Below are positions 53,889 through 64,000 of a stretch of 64,000 nt of DNA, in pieces (within the stretch, counting starts at the first letter, position 1; each line of letters starts with the position of its first letter). The notes below the pieces were generated by a model, which was not told where the DNA came from, did not search any database, and saw nothing but the letters and a program-made list of their open reading frames with translations. The stretch lies in contig OZ024740.1 in NCBI GenBank assembly GCA_964016885.1, positions 394,320,001 to 394,384,000 on the forward strand, given 5' to 3'. Both the position numbers and the translations under genes were made by a program. This DNA is from Eledone cirrhosa. Its lineage: Eukaryota.

Positions 53889-54804
53889 GTTGAAATTTTT
53901 CAAAAAATATTTTTACACAAATACGAATACGACACCCCGTAAAGGGGTGCCGTATTATTTACTAGTGAACCCCTGTATTAGGTGGGTCACTTCTAAACTT
54001 TTATCCAATTTAAAACTTGAATAAAAGGTTTAGAACAGTTGAAAAAGAGGTAAAACGTTGAAAAAGACTGGAGGCAATAAGAAGCGTGGCTTCACCAACC
54101 AATAATAATAATAATAATAATAATAATAGTTTCTTAATGATAATGACAGTAATAAATGTATAGAATGTTATAAAATATATAGATTACTTATAATATAAAA
54201 TACAATAGATAAAACAATATATAATAAATTATATTATTGAGCAAAATCGAACCAATTGGAAGCAAATAAAGATATAGTTCCTGAATCAATAAAACGTTGT
54301 CGAACGGAAATAAACAAATTTAAAGTAGAAAATGAAAAAATTAACTCAAGTGCTGTTTGTTTAGTAGATTATCAAATTAACACATCAATAATATTGTTAA
54401 CAAATCAGTGAAAATCGAGGAAAATTATAACGAAAAACAAAAGTAGAAATATTAAAGATAAATTAAAACAGAACAAATGATTTCTGTTCTTTATAACATT
54501 TATCGAAAATATAAAATCAAAAACAAAAAAAAAAAAAGAGACGACAAAAAAAAAAAACCCTCGCAATTTTGTGTTAAATATAGTCTTGTAGAAATATCGA
54601 TAATAACAATTTTGAATATTTTCCGCGGGACTAATTTCAAATTTGGTTGCAGACAATTAACGTTTTAATACACAAACATACATGGATTTACATACACACA
54701 CATACACACAAACAAACCCACACCCAGACACATTCAAGTGTCTGCGTCCACTCACACCCTCATATGTACACATATAAACACACACACACACATATATATA
54801 TATA

Positions 54805-54836
<32 letters not shown>

Positions 54837-55161
54837 TTGTTGGGCGTGTATGTGTATGTCGGGGGTGTTTTGATTAGATTTCCTTTTTTTCGTCTAAAAT
54901 AAAAGCGTGATTCATACTATCATTAGTAATGGGTAAACTACATGTGGTGGCTGAGTATGTAATTAGAGTTTATATGGAAGCTAGTTTATATATTCTTCGA
55001 AAAATATGAGTGCTCTGTTCAATAGGCATTTGCATTGAAAGTATACATACAAACACACACACATACACACATATACACACACGCACGCACACACACACAC
55101 ACACGCACGAACACACATATACACACACGCACGCGCACACACGCACACACACATATGTATA

Positions 55162-55239
55162 CAGGGTGTCACCAAAAATGTATACACATATTTATTAGGA
55201 TGCTGCTGAAGTATGTATACATTTTAGGGGGACACCCTG
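55162..55239. mobile_element. 78-bp Tc1/mariner-like MITE
   Basis: TIRs CAGGGTGTC..AAAATGTATAC / GTATACATTTT..GACACCCTG; TA/TG flanks. Confidence 0.75.
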
Positions 55240-55242
55240 TGT

Positions 55243-55345
<103 letters not shown>

Positions 55346-55534
55346 GATGTATGTATGTATATCCAATCCATGAAGGTGCCCATGAGAAAGACAGCGGAAA
55401 ACTGCCCCGTAAAAAGGATAGTTCCTTCTCATCAGTCAAACCTTGGAAATCACTAGAGTTTCACCAAGCTAGCTTGATGGGGTTGTTAGTTTAGGCGCCG
55501 ACGATCTGATCATGCGATAATTTGTACTGTCCTA

Positions 55535-56945
55535 ACACCAGCGTTTGGAATATTCGAGTGGACGATGGACGAAATCCGAGCAATTGATGTTAAAACTGGA
55601 AAAATTCTAAACAACACCGGAAACTTCCACACCAATAGTGACATTGACCGCCTCTACTTCAAACGTATGCAAGAAGGCAGAGGCCTAACATCAGTAGAGA
55701 CAGCATTTGAATGTTGCATCATATCCCTCCGACAAAATTTACGAACCTTGAGGCGTAAGAGCCCATCTATTGAGCAAGTATGTCTGCATGAGACAGATAA
55801 GAACATGAGAGTTGGGAAGGAGCTCCTTGAAAGATACTCCCTGCATGATAATCAAAACCTCACACCCAGGGAAATTGCTCCGCAATACTGCAGCGAATCC
55901 ATGGATGAAAAACCGCATGCTTATAAAAAAATCCTGTATGGATATGTTGCCAGGAAGCTCCAGAGTGAGAGTAATATAGATAAGCAAAGTAGTCTATATT
56001 GGACCAACAACCACTATATTGGCTCCCACTTTGAAGGATACGCTTTTGCAATCCAAGAACAGGAAATCAACACGAAATATCTGATTCACAAAAGAGATAG
56101 GAATGCTGGCAAAACACCTATATGTGACGTCAAGTGCAGGCTCTGCAGAATTAACATTGAATATGTCAACCATGTCATAAGCAGCGATATTATCTACCTA
56201 TAAATCATGATGTAGTAGCCAAAACACTGGAAAAATACAATCCATAGAAAAGATAGCCCCGACAATAAACACATTTAAAGCTACAGCTATGTGGAAGGCA
56301 TACATATACATAATCTGAAAGAGTATTAGTGGAATGTTCCAGTAAAACCACCAATAAAACGCAGGCATAACAGACCAGATATAGTAGTATAGGACAGGGA
56401 AAAGAAGGCATGTACAGTAGTGGAAGTTAGCTGCCCAGCAGATGCCAATATAATATTAGAGATTAGCGAAAAGGAGAATATTTATGCAGAACGAATGACA
56501 AATCTTAAGATACTCCACCCTGACTATACCTTCAGATTTATGCCTGTTTTTAATTGGGGAACTGTGATATGTTAGTAACTGCCTCAGAACAAATCTTGAG
56601 AAGCTAGGCTTCATATAAACAGAAAGAACACGACTAGTTAGGAAATTGAAAATACAATCGATTAATGGAACATTAAAAATATGTAAAACATTCCAAAAAT
56701 CCTGCATCTAATAACTGTATATACACTTGAACAGATACAAAGCATATGCACATGCACACATATAATTCAAAACATTCACATCCACCTATACAATAACATC
56801 TATAACTGCACACACATGCATACATGCATACATGCAGACATATCTATCGAGTTGATGTGTAAATTCCAATGAGAGAGTCTTGTACTTATGTTAGACACTG
56901 ATTCTCTTGGCAAACATCTGTGAAACTATAAAACCAGAAGAACAT
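55535..56945 (+). mobile_element. decayed R4-clade LINE 3' part ending in (CATA)n
   Basis: SDIDRLY..GRGL, AIQEQEINTKY, CRLC...HVISS, then HNRPDIVV..VEVSCPAD RLE remnants at ~56365-56445. Confidence 0.82.
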
Positions 56946-57078
56946 ACATACATATGTAATAATACATACATGCATACGTATATATACATTCATGTAATAA
57001 TACATACATGCATACGTATACATACATACATACATACATACATACATACATACATACATACATACATACATACATACA

Positions 57079-57110
<32 letters not shown>

Positions 57111-57664
57111 CGTATATATCCCTGAAATATCACTTGACAATGCTAAAATTGTTCTACAAGTTCGATTTTTTTATAACTGAAAGTAAAATTAGTGGATTCG
57201 CAAAGTTGGAATGCATTTGATAATAGCTAGCGATATCGACGCCAAAATAAACAATCCAAATACATGCCTGTCATTGATTTTAACTCAAGTTAACTCATAG
57301 ATTTCCCGATTTTGCTTATCGATATGAAACTTTAAAATTTGAAGGCTGAAGTATCATATTCCAAGAAAGAAATAATAATATGTCGAATCAATGTATCTGA
57401 AATTCTCTGAGTCATTGCTGTTATCAATTCTTTCTATACAACCGATTATAATTTCGTATCTTCTACTGGCTGGAGGGTTTTATTTGCATTACACCTTACT
57501 CACAAGAACTCTATTTGAATACCACTCGTATTTAATCCCCCAGTTTTGAAGGACCTAAAATTTAACGGTCACTATCCCTTTCTCAAGCAAACATTTTTTT
57601 TGTAAAATCAACCCTTGTCACAGCTACAAGAGTGCAATTTCTAATTACATTCAGGACCAAGAAA

Positions 57665-57849
<185 letters not shown>

Positions 57850-58173
57850 CATACATATATACAGTTACACATATATATATATGTGTGTACATACATACAT
57901 ATATACAAACGGCGGACAACAGAGGCCACGTACAGTTCCTCTCCGACAGATAACTTTCCCCCTCGGAAAACGCCATAGTTGATGGATGCGAAATCCGAAA
58001 TATAGGGACAATTAAATCTCTCCCAAGGTAACCCTATCTCGTGTTTTAATTTTTATGTTTTACGCTCTTTTCTACGTTCCTCTACACATTCTACATTTCA
58101 TCTCTCTTCACCACCGGATTCTGTTACCCGGAGATTTACCCATCTGCATTGTTGAGGCTTCCAAAACGACCAA

Positions 58174-58282
<109 letters not shown>

Positions 58283-58328
58283 TATATACATATATATATT
58301 ACATATATATATACATATATATATATAT

Positions 58329-58359
<31 letters not shown>

Positions 58360-58368
58360 TCATACATA

Positions 58369-58438
<70 letters not shown>

Positions 58439-58514
58439 AATAAACATATATATAATGTATGTATGTAGGTATGTATATATGTACGTATGTATGTATGTGT
58501 ATATGTATATATAC

Positions 58515-59033
<519 letters not shown>

Positions 59034-59114
59034 TATATATATATATGTGGGTGTGTGTATATATATACATACATATATATATATACATATATATAAATAT
59101 ATATATGTATGTAT

Positions 59115-59149
<35 letters not shown>

Positions 59150-59524
59150 CATACATACATACATACATTCATACATGCATACATACATACATACATATAC
59201 ATACATACATACATACATACATACATACATACATACATACATACATACATACATACATACATACATACATACTCTTCGCAACCCACCAAGCAAAAGAAAA
59301 AAAAATCGAAATTCTTGTTTTTAATCAACATTTAATCAACACTGGCTGCATTGTTTATCTATATAATTACTTTTACTTCTCTCAAATTGTATATTGAGAC
59401 TAACCTCTTAACGGGTCACTGAAGCTTTAAATTATTTGACAAATCATTAAACATCAGACATTTTTCAATGAATTGAATTCAATTTAGCCGCTGGAGGGGA
59501 GCAGTTGTTTGATAATAATAACAA

Positions 59525-59648
59525 TTCTTCTTCTTCTTCTTCTTCTTCTTCTTCTTCTTCTTCTTCTTCTTCTTCTTCTTCTTCTTCTTCTTCTTCTTCT
59601 TCTTCTTCTTCTTCTTCTTCTTCTTCTTCTTCTTCTTCTTCTTCTTCT
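59525..59648. repeat. (TTC)n microsatellite
   Basis: Seen directly, about 41 units. Confidence 0.98.
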
Positions 59649-60431
59649 CTATGATTTAATAACCTGAGTTATTTCAACGTCTTTATTTTCATTATCGTCT
59701 CAAGTGCAAAACACGATGACGATAATATCAACAAAAAACCACATAATAAAATAAAGAAGTCGAAGAGAAGGAAATAATTGAAACGGAGTATAGAAAATAA
59801 TTATTAGCAAGACCTCCTTTTATTAAAAAGAATATTGAAAATATGATTTACTATTTTTCAAATTCCATGTTTCGTATAAAGTAACAAAGAACACTTTCTA
59901 ATAATAATGTCACAAATGCTAGAGCCATTCTCGCTGCTGTTGCTGTTATTCTTGTCCATGTTATGGCTAATAGTATTGTTGCTGCTGTTTAATCCTATGT
60001 AAGCTACAACAGAGCTGACCTACGTCGAAATATTTCAACCGCAACAATTGTATTTACTGTATATATATATATCTAGCATTGTACTGCCATCTTAGTAAAG
60101 ATGGGAAGCTGATAGAACCGATGGTGTTGTTTCACTTGTATAATTAATTTATTGACCTGGTGAGACGAAAATGTTGTGTGTACTGCGAATTAAACACTGA
60201 AGGTAAGGTAGTTATTCAAATATGATGTAGCCATCGTCGAAAATATCATCACCACCACCGTCGACTTTGTCGCTATCGTTGTCGTTTCCATCATGATCAT
60301 CATTATCATGATCATGATGATGATCATCATCATCAATGTAGTCACATCCATCAACGTCATCACCATCATCATGATTAGCAACTGCAGAATATACAGCAGT
60401 TAAAACCGCTTACAATAGCATTCGTCTCATC

Positions 60432-61108
60432 GATTGGCCGCATCGGTAGAAGGTTGGACGCCTTGCTTTGCAGCATAGAGTTACACCCCTTTACGGTCTG
60501 AGTTCAAATCCTGCCGAGGTTATCTTTGCCTTTCATCCTTACGGGGTCGATAAATAAAGCAACAATAATACACTGGGATAATTGCTGGCCTTGTGCCAAA
60601 AAGTAGAAACAATTATTATCATTATTATTGGATTATGTAATGTACTGGGTAATGTACTGGGTAATTGCTGGCCTTGTGCCAATAGTAGAAACAATTATTA
60701 TTGGATTATTATGCGTAGGATAACATGCATTGCGGCATATAGTTACGTTCCATTACGGTTTGAATTCATATCTCGCCGATTATAACTTTGCCTTTCATCC
60801 TTACGTGTTCGATAAATTAAAGTACCAGTAACGCTCTGGGATCGATTTAATCGAATTTCCCCTCCCTCAAAGTTATTGGCCTTGTGCCTAAATCAGAAGC
60901 CATTATTTGTAGTAGTAGCGATGGATTGGCAGTATTGGTAGAGGGTCGGACGCCATGCTTTGACGCATAGAGTTACGGCCCTTGCCATTCTGAGTTCAAA
61001 TCCCGCCGAGGATAACTTTGCCTTTCACCCTTACGGGGTTGATAAAATAAAGTACCAGTAATGCACTGGGTAATTTGTGGCCTTGTGCCTATAATAGAAA
61101 CAATTATT
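60432..61108 (+). mobile_element. head-to-tail cluster of Nin-domain SINE copies
   Basis: Copies at ~60432-60617, ~60637-60702 (tail only), ~60725-60908 and ~60920-61108; followed by (TAG)n. Confidence 0.85.
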
Positions 61109-61109
61109 T

Positions 61110-61154
<45 letters not shown>

Positions 61155-61158
61155 GTAT

Positions 61159-61199
<41 letters not shown>

Positions 61200-61784
61200 G
61201 TATTAGTAGTAGTAGTAGTAGTTGTAGTAGTAGTATGAAACAAGATCACTCTACAGAATATTAAATATGTTTTCAATATTGTAATAGAGTTTACACAGAA
61301 AAACAAACAAGCCAATCAAGACCCCCCCCCCCCCCCCAAAAAAAAAACCAAGAAAAACAACAACAATAATAAAAGAATCAAGATACTAAAAACAAAACAA
61401 AAAGTAACGTAAGATTTATGATGGAAATAATTTATTAACAATATTCAAGTTATACACGACTGAACAACAATCATTTTTTCATTTATCTCGCAAGGTCTTC
61501 GCTATTGACTTTCGTTCTAATATTATTTCTATTGCTGAAGGTATTCTTCAACAGAGTTATAACGTAGTCGATATCATATTAATATATATATATATAGGCA
61601 CATATATCATATTAATATATATATATAGGCACATATCAAACTCCCAGACACGCGCACAGAGCAGAGACATAGAAAGAACCATATATGTATACATGCACAC
61701 AGCAGTGTATCTATATATTCAATCACATGCTTGTACACGCACACGCATAGACACACACACTCATATATATATATATCTATCTAT

Positions 61785-64000
61785 CTAAGGCGGGTAAAAT
61801 TCCCGAGATCCATGGACGAGTTCTCTCCAGCGGTCTCTGTCCCTCATTATCGCTGCCATGTCCTGCGTCTCCAACAGACCAGTGTCTGTCCTTAGGGCAT
61901 CAACATACGTTAACCTTGGTCTTCCTCTTCTAGTGTGTCCATGTAGGGGCTCCCAAAGGAGTACTGAGTGCAATGTCAACTCTGGATGTCGGTGAGCATG
62001 TCCAGCTAACCTCAGTCTCCTTTGTGTCACTTTTGAGCTGACTTTTGGGATGCTCCCATACAACTCTGAGTTTTTCATCCTCAGTGTATACTGATTAATG
62101 TTCAGAGCCATCCTCAGCATTCTCGTGTAGCACCCATCCACCATCTGAGTGAGTTTCTTGGTCAGTGTCCAAGTCTCAGACCCATACAGCAGCACAGACT
62201 CCACTACAGCAATGAAGAGGCGGATTTTCAGGTCTCTACGAAGGTCCGACTTCCACACCGATCTCAAGCTGTGGCACGCCGCCCAGGCCTTGCTCTTCCT
62301 CTCAACCACATCATCTTCCGTATTCCCAATCTTTGCTCCCAAATACAGGAAGTCCTCAACCAATTCCAGCGGCTTCCCGCCTACATTAGTGATCCCCTCT
62401 GGCTTCTCAACATTCTCTACCAGATATTTTGTTTTAGTCTCATTCATTCTCAGCCCCACACTCATCGACACAGTCTCAACCTCCCGCATCAAATCCTCTG
62501 CCTCCTTCACTATATTTGTCACCAAAACTATGTCGTCGACAAATTCAGCATCCGATACCTTTTTCGCCCTAACTCTCCTGCTCTGAGCCGGTGCTACAGT
62601 AAAGCCAGAGTCCTGGTGTTTCTCCAGTGCAAGGCGCATACAATAGTCCACTACGATGATAAAAAGGTAGGGAGCCAATGTATCTCCCTGGAACACTCCA
62701 GCCAGTATCTCAAAGAACTCTGTCATCCCATCAGGTGTAATGACTTGGGCTTTGGTGTTGGTGTAGAGCAGTGATATCAGGTCCACTATCTTCTTGGGGA
62801 TTCCATAAGCCTGTAAGATCTTCATCAGGCAGTAACGGTCCACAGAATCAAAGGCCTTCCTAAAGTCAATGAAAACCATGACCGCAGGAAGGCACTTTGC
62901 TCTAGCTCCCTCTAATATCCTCCTCAGCATCAGGATGTGACTGGTGGTTGATCTACCCTCTCTGAAGCCGTTCTGGTTGTCCCCGAGCTTCTTCTCCATC
63001 TCAGGCTGGATCCTGTTAAGAATCATCCTGTTGAGGGTCTTTGCCACAAGTGACGTCAGTGAGATCCCCCGGTAGTTGTTGGTGTTAGAGAGATCTCCCT
63101 TCTTTGGCACTGGGACGATGTTACTGATCCTCCACTGATTCGGGGCAACTCCTTTCTCCAGTGCCCCGTTACAGAACCCCAGGATGATATCATCAAAATC
63201 ACACCTCTTCATCACCTCTGATGCCACTCCATCTTCTCCATGAGCCTTGCCCTCCTTGATCCTCTTCTTGGCTCTCTGAAGCTCCTCTCTGGTGAAGGGC
63301 TCTGTCTCAATATCCAGTTCCTCAAACAGCCGCCTGATCTCCCCAGTGCTCTGGGCTGTGGAGGGTGGCTCTCCTAGTAGGGTCCTAAAATGGTCTAGCC
63401 ATTTCCTCTTCCTATCCTCGGGCCCCGTTCCCTGGATCTGACTCGAACACCTTCTCTTCCTCCCTGTGATCTCGTTGATGATCATCCAGCTCTCCTTACA
63501 TCCAGATCTGTCAACCGCTCTCTCCACACTTCTGATCTTCTCTATCAGTGCCTCCTCTCTGACCTCAGTGTAAGCGGTACAGAGCTCTTCCCTCATCACC
63601 TCCACAGTCTCCATCCTCTCCTCCGTAGGATCAACATAGAATTGGTCCCTGGCAGCTTTCAGGTGTTCTCTGGCTGCACACACTTTTGGGTTTGCAGAGC
63701 TGACGTGCTTCCCTTTGTTCTTTTTCCTCGGCACCAGGGATTCACTTGCTTCCGCCACTGCATTGGTGAAGTGCCCGAACCTCCTCGTCACACTCTCCTC
63801 AGTCCATCCAATATCTCTCTCCTCTGACTCTCCACACAGAGCACTAAACCTGTTTCTCACTTCCACTGTGAACCTTTCCTGTAGCTTATCATCTTCCTTG
63901 AAAGCTCCCCAGTCATAGATTGTTCTCCGGGGCTGAGCCTTGCTCTTTCTTAAGCTCACGCGGACCTCACTCATAACAAGCCGGTGGTCACTACCCAGTA
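61785..64000 (-). CDS. RTE-clade LINE ORF (APE C-terminus plus reverse transcriptase), open to the window edge
   Basis: Uninterrupted >729 aa: GSDHRLV, GKAHGEDG, NYRGISL, QNGFREGRST, FIDFRKAFDS, QGDTLAPYLF, FVDD, YLGA, LLYGSETW, RGRP; short (TAGA)n tail. Confidence 0.93.
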   Translation of the reverse strand, partial: LGSDHRLVMSEVRVSLRKSKAQPRRTIYDWGAFKEDDKLQERFTVEVRNRFSALCGESEERDIGWTEESVTRRFGHFTNAVAEASESLVPRKKNKGKHVSSANPKVCAAREHLKAARDQFYVDPTEERMETVEVMREELCTAYTEVREEALIEKIRSVERAVDRSGCKESWMIINEITGRKRRCSSQIQGTGPEDRKRKWLDHFRTLLGEPPSTAQSTGEIRRLFEELDIETEPFTREELQRAKKRIKEGKAHGEDGVASEVMKRCDFDDIILGFCNGALEKGVAPNQWRISNIVPVPKKGDLSNTNNYRGISLTSLVAKTLNRMILNRIQPEMEKKLGDNQNGFREGRSTTSHILMLRRILEGARAKCLPAVMVFIDFRKAFDSVDRYCLMKILQAYGIPKKIVDLISLLYTNTKAQVITPDGMTEFFEILAGVFQGDTLAPYLFIIVVDYCMRLALEKHQDSGFTVAPAQSRRVRAKKVSDAEFVDDIVLVTNIVKEAEDLMREVETVSMSVGLRMNETKTKYLVENVEKPEGITNVGGKPLELVEDFLYLGAKIGNTEDDVVERKSKAWAACHSLRSVWKSDLRRDLKIRLFIAVVESVLLYGSETWTLTKKLTQMVDGCYTRMLRMALNINQYTLRMKNSELYGSIPKVSSKVTQRRLRLAGHAHRHPELTLHSVLLWEPLHGHTRRGRPRLTYVDALRTDTGLLETQDMAAIMRDRDRWRELVHGSREFYPP

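Larger units (their letters stand above)
48080..54100 (-). mobile_element. full-length Tx1-clade LINE copy C (~6 kb, diverged subfamily)
   Basis: 5' UTR, ORF1, ORF2 and 3' UTR homologous to copy A; (AAT)n at the 5' flank and Dong tail at the 3' flank. Confidence 0.92.

Overview
This is AT-rich, microsatellite-saturated metazoan DNA with no recognisable host protein-coding exon. The repeat repertoire (Nin-domain and Meta-type tRNA SINEs, (TA)n/(CA)n/(CATA)n tracts, Tx1, R4/Dong, RTE and Penelope-like elements) suggests a coleoid cephalopod such as Octopus; that assignment is an inference. Almost all short ORFs in the track are microsatellite read-throughs or antisense LINE frames. The left half (2-28 kb) is dominated by Penelope-like element (PLE) fragments in (TA)n tracts, and I can fold about 14 complete or slightly damaged type I hammerhead ribozymes (HHRs) there by eye. 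The most striking structure is a ~3.5-copy tandem array of a 454-460 bp non-coding unit (13418-15030). Each full unit has one type I HHR with a palindromic stem III, an octamer motif and several hairpins, which is the architecture of a non-LTR retrozyme that could yield ~455-nt circular RNAs. The right half (30-64 kb) is a nested LINE cluster. It holds a decayed RTE/BovB-like LINE with non-autonomous derivatives sharing a possibly HDV-like 5' leader, Tx1 copies inserted tail-to-tail into (TAA)n tails of Dong/R4 elements, a (CATA)n-associated R4-like element, and an uninterrupted RTE-clade ORF running off the window end. All RNA folds and alignments were done by eye and need computational and experimental confirmation.
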